The notes under the pieces: model-generated
Seen by the model: the letters and a program-made list of their open reading frames with translations, nothing else
Database searches by the model: none
What the model was told of the DNA's origin: nothing
Source of the DNA: a virus
Taxonomy: Duplodnaviria > Caudoviricetes
IMG/VR virus record: IMGVR_UViG_2974637922_000001
Coordinates: 132,843-196,842 of that record
Strand: one strand, 5' to 3'
DNA: 64,000 nt
Part shown: positions 46,137 to 56,509 of the stretch, piece by piece
How the letters are laid out: each line of letters starts with the position of its first letter
How positions within the stretch are numbered: the stretch's first letter is position 1
Made by a program: the position numbers and the translations under genes

Positions 46137-46265
46137 ATGGATTCCTATCACCCGTCTAGGGCAGATCAAGAACTAGAACTAGAACAGCAAGAACTAAAAA
46201 CAATCATAGGAGGATCTATATTATCCTTCTTCACTGTACTTATACCTTTTATTATACTTCTCTAA
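46137..46265 (+). CDS. Small C-terminally anchored peptide
   Basis: 42-aa ORF with a hydrophobic C-terminus. Confidence 0.45.
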   Translation: MDSYHPSRADQELELEQQELKTIIGGSILSFFTVLIPFIILL

Positions 46266-46346
46266 AACCTTTCAGTTCAGGCGATATAAATAAACCTAAG
46301 AAGAGTATATGCGTTCTTCGTCGGATAGCCTGAATCGACAAAAGAG

Positions 46347-49300
46347 ATGATCTCAACAGCGACTAAGATTAAATTTAAAAGGTCTGGTGTAGCCGGACGT
46401 AGACCCTCCTTAGCTGATCTTCAGTTAGGTGAATTGGGGATCAATTATAACGATGGTAAACTATTTTTCCGACAGGAAAATGAAGTAGTTGGCTCTCGTA
46501 TCATTGAACCTGGACAGGGTGATGTAATCGGTAAGACTATTTTCGTATCCACAAAGGGTAACGATAACAATAGTGGTCTTAACGAAAGGGATGCCAAGAG
46601 AACTGTTAAAGCGGCCGCCGCAGTAGCAGAACCTGGTGACTCCATCAAACTGTATCCAGGTCAGTACATCGAAGATAACCCTATCGTATTTAAGGATAGG
46701 GTATCTGTAGAGGGTATGGAGCTTCGTAACGTTCTCGTTACTCCAGCCAACCCCAGTAAAGACTTGTATCAAGTTGGTGAGGCGTTCCACGCTACCAACC
46801 ATTCCTTTGTGTCCAATAGGGATTCAACAGATGGTGCCTCTATTATCACCTATCGTCCTCTAGAGGGAACTGCGTCTGACAGGTATTTTGACGCGGCTAG
46901 ACTCATCAGGGACAATCTTAGCTTCATTGCTAACGAGACAGTAGGTTTCCTAACCAGTGGATATTCAGGCTTTGCCGCTGGTCAGAGATCACAGGACGCT
47001 GCTCGTGCTCTAGAACTAAACAAGAACTTCATAGTAGAAGAAGCATTTCAATATATCAACTCTCCTGATTATACAGGAGCCACATACTTCAACCCAGACC
47101 CAGCACAGTGTAAGAGAGACCTAGGAAATATCATTGATGGTTGGAGATATGATCTCATCTCTGATGGTAACACCAGATCTACTGGTCTTGGTCTAACCTA
47201 CTACGCACCTATTCCCTTTGTGAATAGTGCTAATGTTGCTGACCTTGTATACAACAGAAATAACGGTGATGTTCTAATTGAAACCGACGTAGATACACAG
47301 GTTTCAGTTGGTGAGAAGATCAAACTACAGGATATCAGACTAGAGTGTGGTTCCTACAATAACGACTTCTTTATCACTGGTTTCAAGTATGATAACACCA
47401 GTGGTATTGGAACAGTTAATCTACCCTTTATCCATAACGTCAAGGTTGGAGACCTTGTTAAGTTTGATGGTTTAGAGTTTGATTGTCCTGCCTATGGTGC
47501 CATTGAATATGGTATCCAAGACTTCAAGTATAATGAAACTACTGGTGGAAGTGTTGTCACACTCACCGAAGATCATGATCTAAAGATTGGTGACACCATT
47601 GAACTAAGAGACCTTCAGTTCGATTGTCCCGCCTATGGTGGTGACTTCACTAACATCATCAACCTAGAATACAATAAGACCAGTGGTCAGGGTGTTATCA
47701 CATATGACAAACCCGCCGATCTCAAGTCTGGTGACGTTGTTATCCTCTATGACCTCACACTAACTTGTGATGCTTATGGTAACGCTATCTCAGTTACTGA
47801 TTTCTCTTATGATAACTTCACTGGTATCACTGAAGTAGAAGTAAATAGACCCCACAACCTCCGTCCCGGAGACCTAATCAAACTAGAGAACCTTAAGTTC
47901 TCTTGTGATTCCTACCTTAATGAAACATACAAGGTCTCTAACTTTGTATATAATGAGAGCACTGGTGATAGTGTCCTCACCCTAACTGAACCACATAGTT
48001 TAGTTGCTGGTAAGAACGTCAGACTTGCTGACCTAGTTTTCTCCTGTAACTCCTATGTTCCAACCGCTAAAGCAATCTCTGATTTCCAGTATGATGAAGT
48101 AGTTGGTATCTCTACTATTACTCTAGCATCTCCACACAACTTATCAGTTGGTGAGCAGTTCAGACTAGAGGATTTAGTATTCTCCTGTAACTCATATTCC
48201 TTCACTGATATTCCTATCATTGATGCACCATATGATAATGTAACTGGTTATGTAACCCTATCGTTCTCTGGTGACCACGGACAACAGGTTGGTGAGAGAG
48301 TAAGACTCAGAGATATTGAGTACTCCTGCCCTGGTGGTTCAGGTATCACTACAACCTTGTTCCCTGATGGGACCTTTGGTTATGAGTTTGAAATCCTAAG
48401 TGTTCCAAACACTAAGAAGATGATTCTTAATGTTGGCACCTCCACTATTGAACACTCCTATGTGAGTGGTGGTACTGCTACCGTTGGTATTACAACTACT
48501 ATCTTCCCTGATGGAACACAAGGTTTCGACTTCAATGTATCCAGTGTTAATAGTTCCACTGTTATCGAAGCAAGTGTTGGTATTTCTACCATCGCTCACA
48601 ACTATGTTTCTGGTGGATCATTATTCGTTGGTTTCACTACCACAGTATTCCCTGATGGAACACAAGGTGAGATCTTTGAGGTTATGGAAACTCTAGATGA
48701 TAGAGTAGCATACATCGTAACTGACGCGTCATACACCAACACCACTGGTAAGTTGGTAGTAACAACAACAGGAAACAATGATATTCCTGTTGGATCAAGA
48801 GCAAAACTAGATGGTTTACTCTGGACTTGTTCATACGATCCTTCAAAACAACTTAAGTTCCCAGAGAACAGGAAGTTCCGTTATGAGGTTATCGCAAAAC
48901 CAGATGGTACAACACTAGAGTTCAATGTTGGTATCTCTACGATTCCACACACATTTGTTCCAGCTCCTATAGATGTTGAATACACAGTCAAGGAGGATCC
49001 AGTTAAGTTTAAGGTTCATGTTGGTACAGTTTCCTTCCCACACACCTACTTCGGTGGTGGAACAGTATGGCACAAACTACCATTCACTCCACCTTTCACC
49101 CAAACACAGATCAAGGACGTATCACAACAGAAAGATCCAGTCCAGTTCTCTAACAATACTCCTAACGGATGTGCTAATGTATTCTCCGCTATCAGTAATT
49201 GTATTGGTGTTGTTACTAGTATCGTAGCAAATGGATTAGAAGGATCAGGTATCTCCACAACTTATCCAGGTAATGGTGGTAAAGGTGTTCCAACTATGGA

Positions 49301-50444
49301 TGAGATGCCTTCACAGGGTGTTGGTAACATTATCAAAGGTCCATACATCAGAAACTGTACGAACTTCGTTCCCAAGTCTATTGGTATGAGAATGGATGGT
49401 TTCGACGCGGAACCTGGTGATGAAATCTCCAATGGTGTTCAAGGTTCATCTAACGTTGACTCCTTCACCCAGTTCAACCCTGGTGGTGTTGGTTGTTCCA
49501 TCTCTAACGGAACCTACCAACAGTTGGTTTCTATCTTCACTATCTGTTGTGATGAAGCAATCGTATGTGACTCTGGAGCACAACTCGACCTCACTAACTC
49601 CAACTCTTCCTTCGGTAGATTGGGTCTAGTCGCAAGAGGTATTGGTGATAAACTCTCCAAGTGTATCGACAGATATACTGGTATCGTCGCCAAAGAGGCA
49701 TCAATCGAAGATGACCTAGTTGTTGTGAAGGGTATTGGTGATAAGAGACCCTACGATGGTCAGGGTATTTTCTTCGGAGAACTCTTCAGGGATGTGGTTA
49801 GTATCGAAGTTCTGGACGGTGGTTCAGGTTACAACGATGATATTCCACCTAACGCGTTTGTCGCAGAACCTACTGGTCCCGCTGGTATTAAGGCGGAAGT
49901 TTCACCAACAGTCAGAGATGGTGTTGTTGTTTCTATCGAGGTTATCGCAAATGGTAACCAATACAGAGAGAAATTCCCTGAGGTTGTAATATCACCTCCT
50001 AAGAGTCCTCTTGGTAGAACCGCAAAAGCAAGGGCAATTACCGAACCTCTCTACTATAATGTAGAAAGTTCTTCCCCACCTGAAGAGGGTACAACTAGTA
50101 TCATTTTCAAACAGCGTCTAAATAATACCGTATCGGTAGGCACAACTGTATTCTTCTCTAGATTAAGTCTACAGATTGCCTCCTCTCACTCCTTCGAATA
50201 CATTGGTGCTGGTAACAGCATTAACGGAGCAAGACCTTCTGAAGGTGGAGTTCCAATTAAGGAAAATGAGATCGTGAAGGAAGACGGTGGTTCAATTGTC
50301 TATACCTCCACTGACCAGGCAGGTAACTTTAACATTGGTGACGATTTCGTTATCAACCAGTTCACTGGTACTATCACTGGTAGATCGTTCGATCAATCAG
50401 TCCTAAATAAAGTTACTCCACTCATCATCGCCCTAGACAGTTAA
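46347..50444 (+). CDS. Large virion structural/fibre protein with ~45-aa internal repeats
   Basis: TATAAATA at 46285; IKFKRS..GELGINYNDGKLF, FVSTKGNDNNSG, repeated Y...TG...H.L..G..L.DL.F.C, ASSHSFEYIGAG. Confidence 0.85.
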   Translation: MISTATKIKFKRSGVAGRRPSLADLQLGELGINYNDGKLFFRQENEVVGSRIIEPGQGDVIGKTIFVSTKGNDNNSGLNERDAKRTVKAAAAVAEPGDSIKLYPGQYIEDNPIVFKDRVSVEGMELRNVLVTPANPSKDLYQVGEAFHATNHSFVSNRDSTDGASIITYRPLEGTASDRYFDAARLIRDNLSFIANETVGFLTSGYSGFAAGQRSQDAARALELNKNFIVEEAFQYINSPDYTGATYFNPDPAQCKRDLGNIIDGWRYDLISDGNTRSTGLGLTYYAPIPFVNSANVADLVYNRNNGDVLIETDVDTQVSVGEKIKLQDIRLECGSYNNDFFITGFKYDNTSGIGTVNLPFIHNVKVGDLVKFDGLEFDCPAYGAIEYGIQDFKYNETTGGSVVTLTEDHDLKIGDTIELRDLQFDCPAYGGDFTNIINLEYNKTSGQGVITYDKPADLKSGDVVILYDLTLTCDAYGNAISVTDFSYDNFTGITEVEVNRPHNLRPGDLIKLENLKFSCDSYLNETYKVSNFVYNESTGDSVLTLTEPHSLVAGKNVRLADLVFSCNSYVPTAKAISDFQYDEVVGISTITLASPHNLSVGEQFRLEDLVFSCNSYSFTDIPIIDAPYDNVTGYVTLSFSGDHGQQVGERVRLRDIEYSCPGGSGITTTLFPDGTFGYEFEILSVPNTKKMILNVGTSTIEHSYVSGGTATVGITTTIFPDGTQGFDFNVSSVNSSTVIEASVGISTIAHNYVSGGSLFVGFTTTVFPDGTQGEIFEVMETLDDRVAYIVTDASYTNTTGKLVVTTTGNNDIPVGSRAKLDGLLWTCSYDPSKQLKFPENRKFRYEVIAKPDGTTLEFNVGISTIPHTFVPAPIDVEYTVKEDPVKFKVHVGTVSFPHTYFGGGTVWHKLPFTPPFTQTQIKDVSQQKDPVQFSNNTPNGCANVFSAISNCIGVVTSIVANGLEGSGISTTYPGNGGKGVPTMDEMPSQGVGNIIKGPYIRNCTNFVPKSIGMRMDGFDAEPGDEISNGVQGSSNVDSFTQFNPGGVGCSISNGTYQQLVSIFTICCDEAIVCDSGAQLDLTNSNSSFGRLGLVARGIGDKLSKCIDRYTGIVAKEASIEDDLVVVKGIGDKRPYDGQGIFFGELFRDVVSIEVLDGGSGYNDDIPPNAFVAEPTGPAGIKAEVSPTVRDGVVVSIEVIANGNQYREKFPEVVISPPKSPLGRTAKARAITEPLYYNVESSSPPEEGTTSIIFKQRLNNTVSVGTTVFFSRLSLQIASSHSFEYIGAGNSINGARPSEGGVPIKENEIVKEDGGSIVYTSTDQAGNFNIGDDFVINQFTGTITGRSFDQSVLNKVTPLIIALDS

Positions 50445-50448
50445 GATC

Positions 50449-50799
50449 ATGGCAGCAGTTGCTTTAAATACGTTCAAAACGGTCAGGCATTTAGTTTCTG
50501 ATTCCAATGTGGGGATTTATACATCCCCCATTGGTGTTGCCTCTATTGTCCTATACGCTCAGGCGACACACGTTGCGAACGATGAAAGTGTATATTTCAT
50601 TAACTTTTCACATGCTCGTCCCGACGAGGATCCTGTGCAGTTTGAAATCATTAAGGATGGTCCAGTTATCCCTAATGACGCACTAAACCTATTAACAGGT
50701 AGATTAGTTCTCGAAACTGGAGACGAACTTAGAGTATCAGGAAATACGACCGGAGATGTGAAGGTTGTTGTTTCTATTCTAGAGACTGCAAAGTCTTAA
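50449..50799 (+). CDS. Small virion structural protein
   Basis: LNTFKT..IYTSP.G..GRLVLETGD..SILET. Confidence 0.75.
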   Translation: MAAVALNTFKTVRHLVSDSNVGIYTSPIGVASIVLYAQATHVANDESVYFINFSHARPDEDPVQFEIIKDGPVIPNDALNLLTGRLVLETGDELRVSGNTTGDVKVVVSILETAKS

Positions 50800-50831
50800 T
50801 AGCATAACACACACACCCAAAGCGTAGACCA

Positions 50832-53800
50832 ATGCCTCTAAATTATCTTACCGGAAGAGTAAGTAGATTACAAGTTGGATTTCCAGGGTTTTCAACAGCA
50901 AAGGACCTTACAGTTGATGTAGCAGGTGCCATTGGTATTGATACCCAAAACCCAAGAGCAGCTGCCGACTTCCCAGATGTCAGTATCCGTGGTGATATTG
51001 TTGACTCTGTTGGATTTACCGGTGGTATTGGGTATTTTCTAGCGCAAGATGTTCAGGGTGTTCGGTGGGTAGAGGCTCCACCTATCAACTCTAACGCCAT
51101 CTTAGTGTTAGATAACGGAGTTATCGTTGGTGCTGGATCATTCATTGGTCTAAACTTTGACTCTGGTAAGGATGAGGACTTCCTCTCGGTTGTTCCTGAC
51201 CCACTAAACCCACAGATTGCAAAGATTGCATATGATGTTCGTTGGGTAAGATATAATTACGGTAATAATAAAGGTATCTCCACAGGTTTTGGAGATAATG
51301 GTGACTACTCCTCTATCCCTGGTTATGGAACCACAGAGGCAGTTGGTGTTACCTCAGTTGGTATTGGTACTAACCAACCACTAGATGACTTCCAAGTTGG
51401 TATTGGATCTACTGGTGTTACTATCAACGGACCTCTAGGTCTAGTTGATGCAGAAATTATTAAAGCAAAATCAATCTCGGTTGAAGGAAACCTAGAGGTT
51501 GAATCACTTATTGTTAGACCTGGTGTTGCCACTCTAACCACTCTAGATGTATTGAACGAGGCGTTCATACCAGTAGAGTATGTTGGTTTCTCCAGCATTC
51601 AAGATGCAAATATTGATGCTCTCTTTGCTAATCAGTTACTAGCAGGTATTACTACCCTAGGTTTCGGTGGTGAAGATGTATTCATCCTCAACGACTTATA
51701 TGTTCAGGGTGGTTTAGGTACCTTCGATGGCGACGTATTCGTTGGTGGAGACCTAACTGTTAAGGGTGAGACGTTCTTCAACCAGATTAACGCAGTCAAC
51801 TTATCAGTATCTGGTATTGCCACTATCGTCCAAGCGGAGATAGCTGTTGGTTTAGTTACCGATCTAAAAGTATCTGGTTTCTCTACACTATCAGATTTCT
51901 CATTCAACATTGGTGTTGGTACATACCTAGAACTAGAAGATCTAGATGTATCTGGTGTTGGTAGTTTTGGTGTTGTCAACTCTGGTGATATTAATGTTAG
52001 TGGTGGTTTAACCGCTAGTGAGATTGATGCAGATAAGGGATACATTGGTATTCTCACAGCAGACTCTATTGTATCTGGTGCAGGTACTATTGGTTCTATC
52101 GAGTCTGATGGGAACCTAACAACACTTAATGATATTATTGTTGGTGGTGCTTCAACCTTCGTTGGTTTGGGTACTTTCCAAGACGATCTCTTTGTTGGTG
52201 GTGACCTCTTTGTTAGAGGTGATGTTACCTTTAAGAATATTAATGGTGAACAACTACTAATCAGTGGTATTGGTACCATTAAGGAACTAGTCTTTGATAG
52301 TGGTATTGGAACCTCACTAGAAGTGAGAGATCAGATTACGACTGGTATATCTACGATCAATGAAGCAGATATTCAAGATGCCGCTGTTGAGAGACTTACT
52401 GTTGGTGATGCAGAGATCATCGGTATCGCAACTATTACCGAGATTGATGTAGATAGAGGTAGAGTTGGTATCCTAACTGGTACAGACCTCTCCTATGCTG
52501 GTATCGGTACTATCACGGAGATTGATGTTGACCAGGGTAGAGTTGGTCTAGTCACTGGTGACACACTACTATACTACGAACAGTCTAGGATCAATAGAGT
52601 TACCTTCTTTGATAACTACCTATCAGTTAATCAGAGTCTAAGAGTTTCTGGTCTCTCCACCTTTGTTGGAACAGGTACATTCTTCAATGACTTGTATGTT
52701 GGTGGTGACCTATATGTTGCTGGTGAACTAAACTTCAAACAACTCAATGGTGAGAACCTATACCTAACTGGTGTTGGTACCATCTATGATCTACGTAACA
52801 CCGTTGGTTTCATCACCAACCTATTTGTAGAAGAGTCTGTAACTGGTTTAGCAACCATCAGTAGTCTAGTTGGTTCTTCCGCTACCATCACAGACTTCAC
52901 TGGACAGTCACTACTCATCCAGAATCCATTCAACCCAATGCCTTTGGATCCAACTGGGATCCCAGGACAGGGTGTTATTGATAGTCTCCTAGTTAGAAAC
53001 CTAACTTCTTCTAACAACATTCTAGCCAATGACATTGATGCCAACTTCGTTGACACCGATGATCTAAAGGCTGGTGTTGGTACTATCACTGACCTAGAGT
53101 GGACTACCGCTGTTGGTGATGACACTACTACCAATACTCTACAGGTTACTGATACAGCAACCATTAACATCATCGATGCCAATCAGATCGATGCCGAAGA
53201 TGCTAATATTGGAGTTGCCACCCTCTCTAGTCTCCTAGTAACTGGTGTCACTACCTTCAAGGGTCAGGTTGATATTGAGGATATTGAGTTCGTTGACCAG
53301 AGTGTCACCGGTATTTCCTCTATCAACATCCTCAAGTTCAATGTTGGTTATGGAACCTACCTAGAGGTTACTGACTCAGTAACTGGTGTTGGAACTATTG
53401 GTCTTGCCAGTATCACAACCGCTCAGGTATCTTTCCTAGATGTAAGAGATGAGGTAGTTGGAGCATCCACTATTGGTGTTCTAACAGTAACTGAAGGATT
53501 TGCAGTAACTGGTTTCTCCACCTTCGTTGGTTTCACCACGATGAGTGGCGACCTATTCGTTGATGGTAACTTAACTGTTACTGGTTTCGTTAGTTTCACA
53601 CAACTAAACGCCGATCAATCACAGATTGGTATCCTAACTGTATTCGATGCGTTAGACGCTAGAACGGGTGTTGGTACATTCAAACACCTAGAGACAGTAG
53701 ATAGTGCAGTTCTATCGGGTGTATCTACCATTGGACTCACAACCTTCAAGAATGGTGATGTTAATATCAATCGCAACTTAACAGTTGGTGGTATCACTAC

Positions 53801-56438
53801 CTTCATTGGTAATGTTTTCATTGAAGATACTGAGTTTGTAGAACTAAGTGTTACCAACCAGGCTAACATCAACAAACTATTTGTCAACTCTGGTATCGCA
53901 ACTCAGTTCGGTATCGGTGTTGCCACTATCACCCAGTCACTAACAGGTATCGCCACTATTGGTGACCTCAATGTAACTGGTCTTTCTACCTTCGTTGGTC
54001 TCGCTACCTTCAAGGGTGACGTTAGTATTGATAGTTACCTAGAAGTATCTAAGGATGTTGTAGTTGGTTCAGCACTAACAGTTCCTAACCTCACATTTAC
54101 TGATGGTGATGGACAGTTCCTCAATATTCAGGAAGAGGTTGTTGGTGTATCCACTATTGGTTTCGCTAGTATTACAGATGAGATAGTAGGAACTTCCACT
54201 ATCTTTAGATCCAATATTCGTGACCTAGCAGTATCCGGTCTCTCCACCTTTATTGGTGATGTGTTGATGGGTTCCAACCTAGATGTGGTTGGTGATATAT
54301 CTGGAACTAATATATCAATTGCACAATCAGTAACTTCTGACACCCTATTCACTAGGTTTGCTGATATTGAGGGATCCAATACTGGTGTTGCTACTATTGG
54401 TTTCGCCACTATAACCGAACTCTTCACTGAGGATCTAACGGTTGTAGGAACCTCCACCTTCGTTGGTTTCACAACGATGACGGGAGACCTAAACATTGAG
54501 GGTAACCTTAATGTAACTGGTGTTGTTACCTTCCAACAGTTAGACGCAACTCAGTCACAGATTGGTATCCTAACGGTATTCAACTACCTAGACAACCAAG
54601 GAGACCTAAGAGTAGTTGGTTTCTCCACACTCGGTGACTTCTCAGCCAACTCCGGTATCCTTACCAGTATTGAATCTGGTGAGATTGATGTAACCGGTGA
54701 TGTTTCTATCGGTGGAACACTAGGTGTTGCTGGTGAAGTTGGTTTCTCTAGTAACTTCTATACCGTTGGTATTACTACCCTCGCTTCTGGAACTGGTATT
54801 GTTACTACTGGTGGTGACCTCTATGTTGGTGGTAACCTATTCGTATATAACGATATTGTATATGATGAAATCATTGGTCGTAACCTAGACATTAGTGGTA
54901 TTGGTACTATCGCAGACCTCAGAGTAGGTCTTGGTAGTATCGCAGACCTTAGAGGTACAACACTCAGGTATCAGACTGGTATTATTACTTCACTCAGAGC
55001 AGAAGATTCTGAAGTTGGAAGACACATTGGTACCTCAGTTGTTGTAGAGAACATAACTGCTACTGGTCCTTCTACTTTCGTTGGTGTTGTTACTACTACT
55101 AACGAACTCTTTGTTGGAACTAACCTATTCGTAGGTAACAACGCAGATATCCAAGGTGATATCTTCGGTAGAAACCTAACACTCGAACTAAACGCCTCTG
55201 GTACTACACTAGACTTTGATTCAGGTCAGATCGATGACCTTATCTCACAGTATATACTCTCTGATGACTTGTTTGTCACTGGTATTACTACTTCAGTTGC
55301 GGCACAAATCAACTTCCTGAATGTATCTGGTGTAACTACTTCACCTATCATTAACTCCACACTACTAACCAACTCTGGTTTAGTTACAACTGGTAGTCTA
55401 TATGTTCAGGGTCTAGCACAGGTAGAAACAACTCTACTTGTAGATGGTAACTCCATCTTCAATGGTCCAGCACTCTTCAATGATACAGTTACAGTCAATG
55501 ACGACATTAATGTAACAGGTGATATCACCTTCAACGATATCAGTGGTATTAATGGTAACTTCGCTGGTATTGTTACCGCAACGAAACTCAAGTCTAACTT
55601 CCTAGAGGTTAATGGTCAAACAGCCATTACTGGTTTAGCAACCTTCTTCAGTGGATTGAATGTAAGAGGTGGTCCTCTAGTAGTAGATAATCAGATCTTC
55701 GCTAACTCTGGTTTCGTTACTACCATTCAGGGTACTGACTTAACATATACTGATGGTATTTTCTTAGGTGATCTACAGGTCAATAAGGATACAACCATCA
55801 ACCAGAACCTAAGAGTTGTTGGTATCACTACCTCAACCAACTTAGATGTATCAGCACAAACTGAAACCTCACTACTAAGTGTAACGGGTGTAGGTACTAT
55901 TCCAATCTTATACTCCACCAATGGTGAGTTTAAGACTTCACTCAAGACGGATCAACTCTTCTTTAATACTGGTTTAGGTACATACCTCAGTGTTACTGAT
56001 CTAAATGTTGTTGGTGTTGCTACTATCCCAACACTAGACATTGAATTCCTAGAAGCTGACAGAGCTGAAATTGGTATTCTAACCGTCACAAATAGAACTG
56101 ATATCAGTGATACTTCCAGTATCTTTAGTTACAGACTAACTACATCTGGATCAGCCACCAACGTAACTCTCTACGACTCCTCAGTTTATAGAAGTTTCGA
56201 GGCAAATATCCAAGTATCCACTGGTAGTAGTTTCCAATCTAGTAAGATGCATGGTTTGAGTGATGATAACTCTACACCAAATGTACTCTTCAATGAAACT
56301 TCTTACCTCTCTAATGGTGGTGAGTTGGCTGAGTTTGATGTATCAGGTTCCGCTGGTAACAATGTTATCCTAACAGTTACTCCATATACAGTTGGAATTA
56401 CAACCTATATACTTTCAGTAACCGCGGTAAGGGTCTAA
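50832..56438 (+). CDS. Giant Gly/Thr/Val-rich fibre protein (1868 aa)
   Basis: Many GIATI / STFVG / DLYVGG repeats; C-terminal YRS..IQV domain. Confidence 0.85.
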   Translation: MPLNYLTGRVSRLQVGFPGFSTAKDLTVDVAGAIGIDTQNPRAAADFPDVSIRGDIVDSVGFTGGIGYFLAQDVQGVRWVEAPPINSNAILVLDNGVIVGAGSFIGLNFDSGKDEDFLSVVPDPLNPQIAKIAYDVRWVRYNYGNNKGISTGFGDNGDYSSIPGYGTTEAVGVTSVGIGTNQPLDDFQVGIGSTGVTINGPLGLVDAEIIKAKSISVEGNLEVESLIVRPGVATLTTLDVLNEAFIPVEYVGFSSIQDANIDALFANQLLAGITTLGFGGEDVFILNDLYVQGGLGTFDGDVFVGGDLTVKGETFFNQINAVNLSVSGIATIVQAEIAVGLVTDLKVSGFSTLSDFSFNIGVGTYLELEDLDVSGVGSFGVVNSGDINVSGGLTASEIDADKGYIGILTADSIVSGAGTIGSIESDGNLTTLNDIIVGGASTFVGLGTFQDDLFVGGDLFVRGDVTFKNINGEQLLISGIGTIKELVFDSGIGTSLEVRDQITTGISTINEADIQDAAVERLTVGDAEIIGIATITEIDVDRGRVGILTGTDLSYAGIGTITEIDVDQGRVGLVTGDTLLYYEQSRINRVTFFDNYLSVNQSLRVSGLSTFVGTGTFFNDLYVGGDLYVAGELNFKQLNGENLYLTGVGTIYDLRNTVGFITNLFVEESVTGLATISSLVGSSATITDFTGQSLLIQNPFNPMPLDPTGIPGQGVIDSLLVRNLTSSNNILANDIDANFVDTDDLKAGVGTITDLEWTTAVGDDTTTNTLQVTDTATINIIDANQIDAEDANIGVATLSSLLVTGVTTFKGQVDIEDIEFVDQSVTGISSINILKFNVGYGTYLEVTDSVTGVGTIGLASITTAQVSFLDVRDEVVGASTIGVLTVTEGFAVTGFSTFVGFTTMSGDLFVDGNLTVTGFVSFTQLNADQSQIGILTVFDALDARTGVGTFKHLETVDSAVLSGVSTIGLTTFKNGDVNINRNLTVGGITTFIGNVFIEDTEFVELSVTNQANINKLFVNSGIATQFGIGVATITQSLTGIATIGDLNVTGLSTFVGLATFKGDVSIDSYLEVSKDVVVGSALTVPNLTFTDGDGQFLNIQEEVVGVSTIGFASITDEIVGTSTIFRSNIRDLAVSGLSTFIGDVLMGSNLDVVGDISGTNISIAQSVTSDTLFTRFADIEGSNTGVATIGFATITELFTEDLTVVGTSTFVGFTTMTGDLNIEGNLNVTGVVTFQQLDATQSQIGILTVFNYLDNQGDLRVVGFSTLGDFSANSGILTSIESGEIDVTGDVSIGGTLGVAGEVGFSSNFYTVGITTLASGTGIVTTGGDLYVGGNLFVYNDIVYDEIIGRNLDISGIGTIADLRVGLGSIADLRGTTLRYQTGIITSLRAEDSEVGRHIGTSVVVENITATGPSTFVGVVTTTNELFVGTNLFVGNNADIQGDIFGRNLTLELNASGTTLDFDSGQIDDLISQYILSDDLFVTGITTSVAAQINFLNVSGVTTSPIINSTLLTNSGLVTTGSLYVQGLAQVETTLLVDGNSIFNGPALFNDTVTVNDDINVTGDITFNDISGINGNFAGIVTATKLKSNFLEVNGQTAITGLATFFSGLNVRGGPLVVDNQIFANSGFVTTIQGTDLTYTDGIFLGDLQVNKDTTINQNLRVVGITTSTNLDVSAQTETSLLSVTGVGTIPILYSTNGEFKTSLKTDQLFFNTGLGTYLSVTDLNVVGVATIPTLDIEFLEADRAEIGILTVTNRTDISDTSSIFSYRLTTSGSATNVTLYDSSVYRSFEANIQVSTGSSFQSSKMHGLSDDNSTPNVLFNETSYLSNGGELAEFDVSGSAGNNVILTVTPYTVGITTYILSVTAVRV

Positions 56439-56458
56439 AACACCTCTCCCACTCCCTC

Positions 56459-56466
56459 TATAAATA
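56459..56466 (+). promoter_or_regulatory. T4-type late promoter
   Basis: TATAAATA. Confidence 0.75.
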
Positions 56467-56509
56467 TCTGTATATCTAACACTGCAGATTATAGGGGGAA
56501 TGTGAACCC

